Numbered from the stretch's first letter, positions 28,929-45,149 are shown. The stretch: DNA of 64,000 bases from Eledone cirrhosa (GCA_964016885.1 OZ024740.1:215450001-215514000), one strand, 5' to 3'. Numbers and translations: made by a program. Notes: a model not told the origin generated them from the letters alone.

Positions 28929-28947
28929 ACACACACACATATATACT

Positions 28948-31900
28948 GTTTCCGTACTATTTAAAAGCGAGGCACTCGCCAAATATATTCTGTGACGCCA
29001 ATAGTGTCAAAAGCATTCACCTTTTTCCCTACGTACATGGGAAAAAGGACATAAAAAATAAAAATAAAAAATATACCCCCAAACATTAACATCTGGTGGA
29101 TCTTGGCTGGCTTCGTAGAGCCAGAAACTGATATGATTCTTTCGATACGAAAGTCTATTCGACAAAGGTGGGCGGGTACTGATTTGGAGATTCTGTTGCA
29201 AATCAGGCCGGGGAGAATCTCCAAAATACCCGAAAGAGTCGTCATCGATGATAACAACAAAATAAACATTTCGGTAGAAGGACGAAAATCTCATTGCTTT
29301 CGCTGTGGTAGCACAGCACACCTAAAAGCCTCTTGTCCTTCACAAACGAACAACAATAACATCATTAAAAAAATTATTACCAACACCAACACCAAAACAA
29401 CGACCACCACCACAAGTACAACTTCAGACGAAACGAGCAACCACACCAAAATAAACAGACACTCAACCAACAACAACAGAAAAAAACAGAGACAACACCC
29501 CTGAAGAACACAGCCCCACCCCGTACCACTCCATCAAACACTACCACAAACACACACGCCGAAACACCACCGCCACACAACATACCCCTACCCCACACAC
29601 CTGACGATGATTATTCATCGACGGATGAAGCTGTTTCTCCTTTAAGTGAAGAAGAGCGAGAGCCGCGGAAATCTAAAAAACAAAAAAAGAGACACCACAA
29701 ACCCCCCCAAAACTCCAATCACCAACACCAACACACAACCACAGACACAAACAACAACACAAACAACACCACAGTCAAACATTCACCTATCAGCAAAACC
29801 AACACCAACACCACCCCAAATACAAGCACCCACAATAAAAAGAAAACTCCCGGACGAACAACAAACTAAAACAACACAACAAAAACACAAACAACAATAC
29901 GCATACATCAACACAAACAACAAGAGTTTGATGGAGGTCATCTCCCAAAACTCCAAGGTGGAGACGGAGGGCAAAACTTTCGTCAAGGCACAATCGTCTC
30001 CACACCTTAAACTTATAAGGGTTTCTATGGAAACCTATAATGACCTGAAAAATAAATTTTCACAGGACGTGGGCAACCCCTGCTAGAAACCCATCAACCG
30101 CGTCCTGTTAAAATGTTTCCCCACCCCACCAAACCCAAATGGAGATTGAACAACCCGATCTCCAGGAAACGAAAAGGTTAGTGCACCTTTCGTCCTTTTT
30201 CTCCAAATCTTCTTCACCAACATGGCTAGTTTACGAGTTGGAAGCGTGAATGTGCGTGGCCTACGGATGCCCTGGAAACAGGGCCAACTTTTAAACGACC
30301 TTAGGTCACACGGTATGGATGTGATAGCCATCACCGAGTTCAGGATCCACAACAGGCAGCAACTAACCCCATCTTCGACGACTTTGAGATCTACACATCT
30401 CTCTGTCAGCCAGGAGGTGGGGGTTGAGTTGTTATCGTGATTCGGAAGAACCTAGATGTCGAAGTACAGCAAGTACACTTGGACCCGGAGGGTAGACTGG
30501 TAGTCCTAGACGTGAACACTATTGGATGTGGAGCCTTTAGACTGGTGGCCGTTTATGCTCCGACCGGGCAATCACAATCACGGCCAGACTTCTTTAAGCG
30601 TCTTTTCTGGGAACGTCTCGCTCCTTACTTTTAGTGGGGGACTGGTATAGTATCCTAGATGCACGATGGGACTATGTGGGAGCATGTCCCAGTAGAGCGG
30701 GGTGCAACAGCCTCAAAACTTTAATCGGCCAATTCCAACTGGCCGATAGGTATCGACTGGATTTCCCGACTGCACCACAGTGGACGTGGGCAAACCACAG
30801 CGGGACATCTAGATCGTATTTAGATAGGTTCTTCATTAGAGAAAGGGACAAGGAGATGTTAAGCTGTCCACGAATGCACATGGCTGTCTATTCAGATCAC
30901 AAATTAGTCGTCTGTTTAGTCAAACGTGATAGAACACATAAACAAGGACCCGGATACTGGAAGCTGAACGTGTCGTTGCCGGTACGTAAAGCTTACAGTG
31001 AACGGATAAGTAGACTAGTCAAGCAACAGTTAACAGGAGCCATCGTCAACAATAGATGGTGGTACTCTCTCAAGAAAGCAATTAAAATAGAATCGATAGG
31101 GTTTAGCAGAGAGTTAGCCTTAGAGAAAAACAGAATAGAAAGAGAACTAGTAGCCAAGGTAGAGGAGGCACTTAGAAGTGGCAATGCGGCTAGAGTGTTA
31201 GCGTCGAGAATGGCACTGGACCAGTTGTTCGATGCGAAACACGAAGGCTGCGTGGCAAGAAGTAAATCACGTGCTCTAGGAAACGAAGGAGCGAAAGCTG
31301 TCAGCTAGGCCCGAGTGGCGGGGGCAAAAAGTGGCAACAAGTCTACGATTCGGTCTTTGAATGATCAAACCGACGCGTGCTACTTGACCCCAAGCAAATG
31401 TGCGCGGCCTTTCAGCAACACTTTGCGCGACTGTTTGAGCAGAACGACGGTGAGACGAACGGGGCAATGGACTTTAGTTCATATCTCGACGGCCTGCCGC
31501 GTCTCTCGAACACGGACGCCGAGTTCTGCGATAGACCAATCACGGACACTGAGATACGGGACGCTCTCGGCCGCTGCGGGAAACGCAAGTCACTCGGTCT
31601 AGATGGTCTACCCTATGAGTTTTACATAGGCATGCCGGACTTGTTCTCTGGCGTCCTCGAAGCCGCCTACTGCAATTGGCAGCAGAACGGGACAATTCCC
31701 AGTTCTGCAGGCAACGGCGTAGTAACGCTGATCAGGAAACACGAGAACAAGGGGGACGAAATTAACAACTTCAGGCCCCTAACTCTGCTCAACACAGAGT
31801 TAAAGATTTTGGCCAAGGTGCTAGCGACGAGGTTGGCGCTTGTCGTCGAGAACCTGGTAGGGAAAGCACAAACGTGTGCAATCCAAACCAGATCCATACA

Positions 31901-33860
31901 CGACAACCTCCACCTCAAGCGATACATCATAGAGAGGGTGGGTAGTAAATACGGCTTCGGTGGGGCTCTGATCAATCTGGATCAGTCTAAGGCATTCGAT
32001 AGGGTCGACCATCGATACTTGGAAGCAGTTCTCAAGGCGGCCGGTTTCGGTCCCGTGTTCAGAGGCTGGATCGAGGCGATGCATACCAGCATCTGCTCGA
32101 GGGTCAAGGTGAACAGCTACCAATCGGAGCCGTTCGCAATCACGCGTTCCATTCGACAGGGGTACCCTCTCTCCTCCATTCTGTATGTATTGACTATAGA
32201 GCCACTACTGCGGAAATTGGAGCTGTTGTAGGGCATCCCTCTAGAACTGGGACTGCGCAAAGCGGCGTAGGCTTATGCCTACGATGTGATGGTAATGGTG
32301 TCGAGCACCTCGGAAATCGGGGTGCAAAACTAAACCCATACAAGTCTGTTGGTTTGCAACTCGGTACGTGGAGAGGCAAACCGATGACGTCCGACAACGT
32401 CGTTGGACGCTGGACGGACGGACCGATGAAATTGCTCGGGGTCTGGTTCAGTCCAGACCTCCAGGTGGAGAAAAACTGGAACGAGGTCACGGCCAAGGTG
32501 TTTGCACTCACCCAGAAGTGAGCAGAATGCAAACTGTCCTTGAAAGGTCGAGCAGAGGTGGCGAACACTTTCATAGCGTCCGTCATCTACTACTGCTTGA
32601 CTGTCGTGCCTTGTCCCCGTGAACACCTCGCCAAGATGGAACGCATGCTCTTCCAGTTTCTGTGGAAGAAGCAGGCTCCGCTGGTGAGGAGATCCGTCTG
32701 TTGTCAACACCCTTCCAACAGAGGGCTGGGAATGCCGTGGCTGATGATGCGCAAACATGCGCTGAAGCTGCGGCATCTCCAGGTATTCCTCACCGACCCC
32801 CCAACCGGTGTGGGCACCGTTTGTGAGACAGGATTTCCCACAGCTCGTCTCGCTGACGGAGCTGCAGTCCTGGGTCAAGAAAAGACCGAAAACGATGGGC
32901 GCCTGGCACATTGAATGCTCTCAGGCGCTCACAGTCCTCTGGCAAGCGGGCACAGCAATCAGTGGAGACTCCACTTCGACATTCTATAGAGAGATTGTAC
33001 GTTACAAGGGCGACGACGTGCTCGGAGAGACTCTAGGCGTCGAAGACGATGAGCTCACCAGTCTGTTTGGTAGGACTTTCCGCCCGGGACCTATGGACAA
33101 CTTCCAGAGGTCCCTGGCCTGGCAGTGCTACCGAGGAGTTCTACCGGTTCGTGACAAGATCTAAAGGCACGTACGTCACGACAGGCATCCTTCCAAGAGG
33201 ACGTGTCCAAGATGCGCGCAGGACATTGAAACAATCCTGCACGCAATTGTACACTGCCCGGGCGTAACCGACCTGTGGAACTATGCAGAACAACTGCTGT
33301 CGTGTGAGGACAAATCCAGTTGACTGCCGAGTCCATAATAAGGATCAAACCGCCAGCCTCTTTCAAAAACGAAAGAGATGCGGTTTTCCTCTGTACGGTG
33401 ACTATGGTGAAAGAAGTTATATGGAGGTTGAGAGGACTGAGGACAGATGCCTTTCTCTCCGGACAACAATTGATTCCCTTCTTTAAGTATCACTTTAGAA
33501 GGAGAATCAGAGTGGAGAGAGAGGCACTGCACCCCAGTAAATTTACTGAAAGGTGGGTGAATGAAGCGAAAATGGCCCGAGGGATTGGGCCTTCTCTGTT
33601 TATAAGCCTGTAGGTTGAAGAAGAGAGCAAAAGGAAGAAAGGAGCACTTGCACAACATGCTCCTGATGTTGAGGATTGTTCTATCGACGGGGTATTAAAC
33701 AAGCCATATTTGGCGCTTCCCCCCTATTGGGGATTTCGATTGTTGTAATTGTTTTTTTTTATATTTTTTACACGACTGTATGTAAACTCCCCGGCATGTC
33801 TTTGTATTGTCCCCTTTTTTTGTGCGCCCTTGTGGCTAATAAAGAAATATATCTATCTAT
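28948..33860 (+). mobile_element. Tx1/L1-clade LINE copy A, 5'-truncated and decayed
   Basis: ORF1 zinc knuckle CFRCGSTAHLKASC. APE endonuclease motifs SVNVRGL, VYAP, SYLDRF, SDHKLV, PGYWKLN. RT motifs GLDGLPYEFY, NFRPLTLLN, LDQSKAFDRVDH, RQG.PLS. Ends AATAAAGAAATATATCTATCT. Many stops and frameshifts. Confidence 0.95.
30222..33613 (+). pseudogene. LINE ORF2 (APE endonuclease-reverse transcriptase) pseudogene
   Basis: Fragmented collinearly over ORFs starting at 30222, 30437, 30634, 31377, 32540, 32808 and 33320. Confidence 0.93.
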
Positions 33861-33920
33861 CTCCATGTTGCCATTGGAATTTATGCTTTGTTGCTGTTTT
33901 GTTGTTATTATTGTTTCACT

Positions 33921-34110
33921 TGGCGGTGAATTGGCAGTATCGGTGGAGGGTCGGACGCCATGCTTTCCAGCATAGTTACGTCCCTTTACGATCTGAGTTC
34001 AAATCCCGCCGAGGTTGACTTTGCCTTTCATCCTTACGGGGTCGATAAAATAAAGTACCAGTAATGCACTGGGTAATTGCTGGCCTTGTGCCTAAACAGT
34101 AGAAACAATT
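33921..34110 (+). mobile_element. tRNA-derived SINE, family 1 (Nin-domain-like)
   Basis: B-box-like GAGTTCAAATCC and core TTTGCCTTTCATCCTTACGGGGTCGATAAAATAAAGTACCAG. Near-identical copies at 40645-40830 and 52285-52471. Confidence 0.85.
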
Positions 34111-34604
34111 ATTGTTTCACTTGTGCGAAAATAGATACATTGGTAAATATACATAAATAGATAGCTATTGATAGACAGTCAGACAGATATATAGATAGGT
34201 AGGTAGATAATAGAGATAGAGGAGGGCCGGTAACTAGATAGGAAGATAGAAATAGAGGGGCTAGATGGGTAGGTAGATAGATATAGACAATTAAGTAGAG
34301 ATTATAAAGAGAGGGGTAAAGAGCGAGAGAGAGAGTAGTGTGAAGCAGAGGGGCAGAGAGAGATGAAAAAAAGGGGTGGAGAGAAGTAGAGAGAGTGTGG
34401 ACGAGGCAGAGAAAAGTAGGAAACTTGAAGGTGGAGTGAATTAGAGAGGTAAAGGGAGAGGGGGAGAGGGAGGGGTAAAGAAAGAGAATGAGTATGTAGT
34501 GAAGGAGTGAGAGGTAGAGAGAGGTAGAAAGAGGGAGAGAGGTAGAATGGAGGGAAAGACAGCAAGACAGAAAGAAAGAAGGGGCAAGAGTTAGAGAGTT
34601 TGAG

Positions 34605-34872
34605 AGAGATAGAGAAGTAGAGAGAGGTATAGGGAGAGGTAGAGAAGTAGAGAGAGGTATAGGGAGAGGTAGAGAAGTAGGGAGAGACATAGGGAGAGGT
34701 AGAGAAGTAGAGAGAGGTATAGGGAGAGGTAGAGAAGTAGGGAGAGGTACAGACATAGGGGGAGATAGAGAAGTAGGGAGAGACATAGGGAGAGGCAGAG
34801 AAGTAGGGAGAGGTATAGGGAGAGGCAGATAAGTATGGGGAGGTAGAGAAGTAGGGAGAGGCATAGGGAGAG
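34605..34872. repeat. Purine-rich 30-bp minisatellite
   Basis: About 8 units of AGAGAAGTAG(A/G)GAGAGGTATAGGGAGAGGT. Confidence 0.9.
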
Positions 34873-34975
34873 AAAGAAAGACAATTAGTGAGATGGAGGG
34901 GGAGGGATGTATAAATGTAAGAGAGAGGGGTAGAGAGAGGTAGAAATATGTGAGGATATATATAGAGAGATGTAA

Positions 34976-35024
<49 letters not shown>

Positions 35025-35309
35025 AAGAGAAGATAAACAATATGGCTATCTCTATCTAACATGATCCTATTTATACAGCTGTCGTCTGTTCTTTCCAGTT
35101 GTTTGTTTGCCCTTCAGAACATCACAAGATATCAAAATGGTTGAAGAATCAGTTTTTGAATTGTTTGACTGGAGAGGAAGAAGAAGAAGAAGAAGAAGAA
35201 GAAGAAGAAGAAGAAGAAGAAGAAGAGAGAACAACAATCTGGGACGTCAACAGAAAACATCTTGTTTACAGACACGGCATAAATACACACATACACACAC
35301 TCACACACT

Positions 35310-35386
<77 letters not shown>

Positions 35387-35449
35387 ATGTATATATATTT
35401 AGAGAGAGAGACAGAAAGAGAGAAAAGGAGAAAGAGAAAGAATGAAAGA

Positions 35450-38400
35450 TAGATATATTTCTTTATTAGCCACAAAGGCGCACAAAAAAAGGGGACAATA
35501 CAAAGACATGCCGGGGATTTTACATACAGTCGTGTAAAAAATATAAAAACAAACAATTACAACAATCGAAATCCCCAATAGGGGGCAAGCGCCACAAATG
35601 GGTTGTTTAATACCCAGTCGATAGAACAACCCTCAACTCCAGGAGCATGTTGTGCAAGTGCTCCTTTCTTCTTTTTGCTCTCTTCTTCAACCTACAGGCT
35701 TATAAACAGAGAAGGCCCAATCTCTCGGGCCATTTTCGCTTCATTCACGCACCTTTCAGTAAATTTACTGGGGTGCAGTGCCTCTCTCTCCACCCTGATT
35801 CTCCTTCTAAAGTGATACTTAAAGAAGGGAATCAATTGTTGTCCTGAGAGAAAGGCATCTGTCCTCAGTCCTCTCAACCTCCATATAACTTCTTTCACCA
35901 TAGCCACCGTACAGAGGAAACCGCCTCTCTTTCGTTTTTGAAAGTGGCTGGCGGTTTGATCCTTATTATGGACTCGGCAGTCAACTGGATTGGTCCTACA
36001 CGCGACAGCAATTGTTCTGCATAGTTCCACAGGTCGGTTACGCCCGGGCAGTGTACAATTGCGTGCAGGCCTGTTTCAATGTCCTACGCGCATCTTGGAC
36101 ACGTCCTCTTGGAAGGATCTCTGCCGGGGCGTACGTGCCTGTAGATCTTGTCCGAACCGGTAGAGCTCCTCGGTAGCACTGCTAGTCCAGGGACCTCTGG
36201 AAGTTGTCCATAGGTCCCGGGCGGAAAGTCCTACCAAACAGATTGGTGAGCTCATCGTCCTCGACGCCCAGAGTCTCCCCGAGCACGTCGTCGCCCTTGT
36301 AACGTACAATCTCTCTATAGAATGTCGAAGTGGAGTCTCCACTGATTGCTGTGCCCGCTTGCCAGAGGACTGTGAGCGCCTGAGAGCATTCAATGTGCCA
36401 GGCGCCCATCGTTTTCGGTCTTTTCTTGACCCAGGACTGCAGCTCTGTCAGCGAGACGAGCTGTGGGAAATCCTGTCTCACAAACGGTGCCCACACCGGT
36501 TGGGGGTCGGTGAGGAATAACTGGAGATTCCGCAGCCTCAGCGCATGTTTGCGCATCATCAGACACGGCATTCACAGCCCTCCGGTCCGTCCGTCCAGTG
36601 TCCAACGACGCTGTCGGACGTCATCGGTTTGCCTCTCCACGTACCGAGTTGCAAACCGACAGACTTGTCTGGGTTTAGTTTTGCTCCCGTCAGCGTTTCG
36701 TATTCTTTCAGTAAGTTGCCGATCACCCCGATTTCCGAGGTGCTCGACACCATTACCGTCACGTCGTCGGCATAAGCCGACGCTGCTTTGCGCAGTCCCT
36801 GTTCTAGAGGGATGCCCTGAAACAGCTCCAATTTCCGCAGTAGTGGCTCTAGAGTCAATACATACAGAATGGAGGAGAGAGGACACCCCTGTCGAATGGA
36901 ACGCGTGATTGCAAACGGCTCCGATAGGTAGCCGTTCACCTTGACCCTCGAGCAGATGCTGGTGTGCATCGCCTCGATCCAGCCTCTTTCCTGATCAGCG
37001 TTACTACGCCCTTTCCTGCAGAACTGGGAATTGTCCCGTTCTGCTGCCAATTGCAGTAGGCGGCTTCGAGGACGCCAGAGAACAAGTCCGGCATGCCTAT
37101 GTAAAACTCATAGGGTAGACCATCTAGACCGGGTGATTTGCGTTTCCCGCAGCGGCCCAGAGCGTCCCGTATCTCAGTGGCTGTGATCGGTCTTTCGCAG
37201 AACTTGGCGTTCATGCTCGAGAGACGCGGCAGGCCGTCGAGGTATGAACCAAAGTCCATTGCCCCGTTCAGTGCACCGTCGTTCTGCTCAAACAGTCGCA
37301 CAAAGTGCCGCTGAAAGGCCGCGCACATCTCCCTGGGGCCAAGTAGCACGTGTCCGTTTTGGTCTTTCAAAAACTGAATCGTGGACTTGTTGCCAATTTT
37401 CGCCCCCGCCACTCGGGCCCAGCTGACAGCTTTCGTTCCTTCGTTTCCTAGAGCACGTGTTTTGCTTCTGACCACGCAGCCTTCGTGTTTCGCATCGAAC
37501 AACTGGTCCAGTACCGTTCTAGGCGCTAACACTCTAGCCGCGTTGTCACTTCTAAGTGCCTCCTCTACCTTGGCTACTAGTTCTCTTTCTATTTTGTTTT
37601 TCTCTCAGGCTAACTCTCTGCTAAACCCTATCGATTCTATTCTAATTGCTTTCTTGAGAGAGTACCACCATTTATTATTGACGATGGCTCCCGTTAACTG
37701 TTTCTTGACTAGTCTACTTATCCGTTCACTGTAAGCTTTACGTGCCGGCAACGACACGTTCAGTTTCCAGTATCCGGGTCGTTGTCTATGTATTCTATCA
37801 CGGTTGACTAAGCAGACGACTAATTTGTGATCTGAATAGTCAACCATGTGCATTCGTGGACAGCTTAACATCTCCTTGTCCCTTTCTCTAATAAAGAACT
37901 TATCTAAATACGATCTAGATGTCGCGCTGCAGTTTGCCCACGTCCACTGTGGTGCAGTCGGGAAATCTAGTCGATACCTATCGTCCAGTTGGAATTGGCC
38001 GATTAAAGTTTTGAGGCTGTTGCACCCCTCCCCCCTCTACTGGGACATGCTTCCACATAGTCCCATCGTGCATCTAGGATACCATTCCAGTCCCCCCACT
38101 AAAAGTAAGGAGCGAGACGTTCCCAGAAAAGACTCTTAAAGACGTTCCCAGAAAAGACGCTTAAAGAAGTCTGGCCGTGATTGGCGATTGCCCGGTCGGG
38201 GTATAAACGGGGGTATAAAATCGTCGAAGATGGGGGTTAGTTGCTGCATTTTGTGGATCCTGGACTCGGTGATGGCTATCACATCCATACCGTGTGACCT
38301 AAGGTCGTTTAAAAGTTGGCCCTGTTTCCAGGGCATCACTAGGCCACGCACATTCACGCTTCCAACTCGTAAACCAGCCATGTTGGTGAAGAAGAGTTGG

Positions 38401-40420
38401 AAAAAAAGGACGAAAGGTGCACTTACCTTTTCGTTTCCTGGAGGAGATCGGTTTGTTCAATCTACATTTGGCTGCTGGATGGGCTGTCGGGTGGGGTGGG
38501 GAAACATTTTAACAGGACGCGGTTGATGGGTTTCTGGCAGAAGTTGCCCACGTCCTGTGAAAATTTATTTTTCAGGTCATTATAGGTTTCCATAGAAACC
38601 CTTATAAGTTTAAGGTGTGGAGACGATTGTGCCTTGACGAAAGTTTTGCCCTCCGTCTCCACCTTGGAGTTTTGGGAGATGACCTCCATCAAACTCTTGT
38701 TGTTTGTGTTGATGTATGCGTATTGTTGTCTGTGTTTTTGTTGTGTTGTTTTAGTTTGTTGTTCGTCCGGGAGTTTTCTTTTGATGGTGGGTGCTTGAGT
38801 TTGGGTGGTGTTGGTGTTGGTTTTGATAGTAGGGGGATGTTTGACTGTGGTGTTGTTTGTGTTGTTGTTTGTGTCTGTGGTTGTGTGTTGGTGTTGGTGA
38901 TTGGAGTTTTGGGGGTTTTGTGGTGTCTCTTTTTTCGTTTTTTAGATTTCCGCGGCTCTCGCTCTTCTTCACTCAAAGAAGGAGAAACAGCTTCATCCGT
39001 CGATGAATAATCATCGTCAGGAGTGTGGGGTAGGGGTATGTTGTGTGGCGGTGGTGTTTCGGTGTGTGTGTTTGTGGTAGTGTTTGATGGAGTGGTATGG
39101 GGTGGGGCTGTGTTCTTCAGGGGTGTTGTCTCTGTTTTTTCTGTTGTTGTTGGTTGAGTGTCTGTTTGTTTTGGTGTGGTTGCTCGTTTCGTCTGTCATT
39201 GTACTTGTGGTGGTGTTGGTGTTGGTAATAGTGATTTTTTAATGATGTTGTTGTGGTGTGTTTGTGAAGGACAAGAGGCTTTTAGGTGTGCTGTGCTACC
39301 ACAGCGAAAGCAATGAGATTTTCGTCCTTCTACCGAAATGTTTATTTTGTTGTTATCCTCGATGACAATTCTTTCGGGTATTTTGGAGATTCTCTCCGGC
39401 CTCATTTGCAACAGAATCTCCAAATCAGTACCCGCCCACCTTTGTCAAATAGACTTTCGTATCGAAAGAATCATATCAGTTTCTGGCTCTACGAAGCCAG
39501 CCAAGATCCACCAGATGTTAATGTTTGGGGGTATATATTTTATTTTTATTTTTTGTGTCCTTTTCCCCATGTTTGTAGGGAAAAAGGTGAATTCTTTTGA
39601 CACTATTGGTGTCACAGAATGTTTTGGGGTGAGTGCCTCGCTTTTAAACAGTACGGAAGCACTTCCGTACTGTTTTCCTCGTTGGAGAAATTCGATATTT
39701 GCTAGAATTTCTTTCAAGGTATTTTCTATATCTCCTTTCTATATCGGCTTTCTCGTGGTATTGGACACAGTCCTAAAGGTCACTGTCCTACGAACTGTGT
39801 CTTCTTTTATTTCAAGGGGTGAGTTAATTCTAAACCCACCTTTCTCTTCGAAAGTTACAAATTTTCTCCCTTGCTGGAGCATAAATCTTGCATTGGAGAT
39901 GTCAAGATTTAAAAAATCTTGCTTTTTGTTCACTGTTTCAGCGAAAGACATTTTCTTTTTTTGTGTGGTGTTGCTGTTGTTGTTGTTTTTTGTTATCGTT
40001 GTTAGCCTCGGTGTTGGAAATCTCAGTTCCTTGACGAGGTGAAACTTTATGTGTAGATGTATGTGTGGAGTTGTTGATGATGTTTTTTTTCATGTGTATG
40101 CATGTTAATTGGTTTAATTCCTGTGTTTTCATTTTTTTCTGCTTCGACGGTAGAAATTGTACAATCTTCAAGTGGCAATATTTTTTCCCCTTTGTTGACA
40201 GTCGTATCTATGGCGACGTCCATAGTAGCAGAAGCAGATATAACGTTAAAATCTGCCTCTTTCTCTCTCTTTTCTCTGTCGACGTTCTCCAGCGTTCTTG
40301 TCGCATTCATGTTTTATAGTTGGCAAAATTTGATATTTTAAAACAATTTTTAAATTAAAATTTCGCCCCTAAAGGGGCAAAAAATGGGATTACCACCCAG
40401 CTGACAATTCAGCTTAGGGG
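35450..40420 (-). mobile_element. Tx1/L1-clade LINE copy B, near full-length with internal deletions, inverted relative to copy A
   Basis: Reverse-complement homolog of 28948-33860. It retains AYADDVT and RQGCPLS and extends about 750 bp further 5' (candidate ORF1 ATG at 40310). Deletions near 38200, 36985 and 36580. Confidence 0.95.
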
Positions 40421-40516
40421 TTAATCTACAAAATAATATGTTTTTTCAAACAATTTGTTCTGTTTTTCGTATATAAATTTACAAAAAATCTTACCGGCGA
40501 TGTTCCACGCGTCAGG

Positions 40517-40526
40517 CAGATAGAGG

Positions 40527-40607
<81 letters not shown>
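40517..40607. repeat. (GATA)n microsatellite
   Basis: About 20 GATA units. Confidence 0.95.
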
Positions 40608-40608
<1 letters not shown>

Positions 40609-40644
40609 ACAAAGTCGTTATAATTTATGAGATATAAGCTTAAT

Positions 40645-40830
40645 AATTGTTTCTACTTTTGGCACAAGGCCAGCAATTATCCCAGTGTATTAATGGTACT
40701 TTATATTATCGACCCTGTAAGGATGAAAGGCAAAGTTAATCTCGGCGAGATTTGAACTCAGATCATAAAGGGAGGTAACTCTATGCTTCAAAACATGGTG
40801 TCCAACCCTCTACCGATACTGCCAATCCAC
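40645..40830 (-). mobile_element. tRNA-derived SINE, family 1
   Basis: Reverse-complement homolog of 33921-34110. Confidence 0.85.
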
Positions 40831-41456
40831 AAAGCATACATATAGGTGGGGAATGCGTATATCATAGCAAATATACATATATATGACCCATATTGTCTTG
40901 TTCGGTAACTCATTGAATATATACGAACAAGAAATATAAGTTTACGTAAGTTCTCCGGGAAGGCTAAATCCTGTGTATTACGTAACATACACCTACTCAG
41001 CTGTCCTTAAGTAAATAATCTGTGTATTCGTTATAAGAAGGGATAAATATGACAACGTAACTAGGTATGTATGTATATATGGTTGTAGGTAGGTATGTGT
41101 GTATATATGTATACTATGTATGTATGTATGTATGTATGTATGTATGTATGTATGTATGTATGTATGTAGTGTATGTATGTATGTATGTATGTATGTATGT
41201 ATGTATGTATGTATGTATGTGTGTGTGTATGCATATATGTATGTTTGCGTGTATGTATGTATGTATATGTTTTTATGGTTTTATTATTTTAGAAATGTCC
41301 ACTAATATATCTATATATATATACAGAGAGAGAGAGAGAGAGGGGGGGGGTTAACATAGAAACAAAACTCTTTCATTGGAATTTAGACAACTAGGTATAT
41401 ACGTATACATGTATGTTTTCAACCATATTTTCTCTAAACTTGTATATGTATATCTA

Positions 41457-43427
<1,971 letters not shown>

Positions 43428-43687
43428 TATATCTTATAATTTGAATTATTTATGCTCTAGACAAAGAATCATTGATCTTTTCTACTGAGAAACCTAATCA
43501 CCATTTACATATTATATATGTTACTAGCAGAATGGCCCTGTGTTGCTCGGGATTTGCTCTAGGGTTCTTATATATTTGATATATATTTATCCTTATCGAG
43601 CCTCGTGAAATAAATACGTTTGTTTATATTTTGTTATTGTGTATGCAAAATATCTGTACACGAATATACAATTATATATATATATAA

Positions 43688-44000
43688 ATGGTCAGTTTCT
43701 ACATGCTGTTGAAATGTTAGGTAAATACTCTATTGCAGTCAGCCGCGAAGAGGCTGCTTTCGGTTATTTATCAAATATTTCTTCATATGAGCGTTTATTC
43801 TTATAGCCTGGTCTAATTGATTTTTTATATGGTTAATTATGGTAATTGGGAGAGGAAATAGTGTATATATTTTATCTAATGATTCTATGGACATGATTTA
43901 TGATATATTGCTCTGATTATTTAATTTATTAATTCTTCATTGAGCCACATCATGAACGGTTGCCACATATATATCTGTAACTTTATATATCTGTAAATCT
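43688..44000. mobile_element. (TA)n-associated dispersed repeat with copies at 45215-45556 and 48112-48325
   Basis: Shared 'aattgggagaggaaat...ttttatctaatgattctatggacatgatttatgat'. The copy at 45215 is inverted and carries its own fold-back arm. Confidence 0.75.
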
Positions 44001-44008
44001 TTATATTT

Positions 44009-44098
<90 letters not shown>

Positions 44099-44103
<5 letters not shown>

Positions 44104-44643
44104 TTAGATTTGTGGTTCACCACTAGATAGAATTGGTCATTCCGTATGGTCAATCTCGGTGTAATATTATGGAGAGTACTCAACGTAATGCAGCTCACCC
44201 GTCTTCGTTTGTGTAGTTGGTGGTGCGAGTACGGAGTTAATTATTATAATAAAATAACAGGAGGCTGGACTTGTGTAAATCCTTAAAAGGTTTATTATAC
44301 TATGATCATTTCAATGACCGTGTTCTGTATGAATCCGGTGATATCATGAGGTATTCGAAATATAACAAAGGAATATAACGATAAAATCCATGGGGCTGAA
44401 AATCATAGACAAGAGGACGACCGACGATCTAGCATCTTCTACTTTAGTCGGTCGCCCTCAAGTGTTGGCTATTCGGTCTACTTATGACCATCTGGTGAGG
44501 GGGCGAAAGCTTATAATGTACTACTACCTCCCCGTCAAAGAAAAAAAAGTAAGAAAGAAAAGTTAGCGTTAAGCTCATGCTACAATCAGGCTAGCAATTG
44601 CCGCGAAAAATGTTTTTCCAAAGAACCTATATCTTAACAGAGG
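44099..44643 (-). mobile_element. About 545-bp non-coding HHR element, same family as 55071-55794
   Basis: Collinear with 55071-55375 and with the reverse complement of 55391-55793. HHR at 44297-44354 has its core mutated to CTCATGA. Confidence 0.85.
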
Positions 44644-44981
44644 TATATATAGTGGGCGTCTGTATGGTATAATGTGTGAACAGAAAATTGGAACGTTAAA
44701 CTTATGTTTAAAGTTATAGGATGAGATTTAAAAAAATTAAGAAATTAAAAAAGTTTAAGGGTTGGGTCGCGAGATTTAGTTAAAGAATTTGAAACATTGG
44801 GCATTGAAAATTGGAAACATTCTTTGCTTAAAACACTCACAGGACCATAAGTATTACATGTGTAAAGTTTGAAAACAATCGGTTGGGTGGTTCTCGAGTT
44901 TTAGGGAGTCAGACAGACAGACATTCTCTGTTTTAGATATATAGATAAAACCTTAACTTAGTATATATAAATATATATGTG

Positions 44982-45019
<38 letters not shown>

Positions 45020-45066
45020 TGTCTGTGTGTGTGTGTCTGTATATATATATATATGTATATATGTAT

Positions 45067-45149
<83 letters not shown>

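Larger units (their letters stand above)
43524..44945 (-). mobile_element. Non-autonomous Helitron with nested insertions
   Basis: Minus strand 5' end A|TCTATATATCTAAAACAGAGAATGTCTGTCTG. 3' end CCCGAGCAACACAGGGCCATTCTG-CTAG|T. Confidence 0.75.

Noticed and set aside
29340-29930. ACA-rich LINE ORF1 tail as the source of the giant satellite
   Set aside because: The anchor ACCACAGTAATAAC is not shared, and similar GTT/ACA tracts occur elsewhere (60570-60680, 63040-63220).
33921-34010. tRNA genes at SINE heads (also 57250-57327)
   Set aside because: No cloverleaf, and each continues into a SINE body present in several copies.
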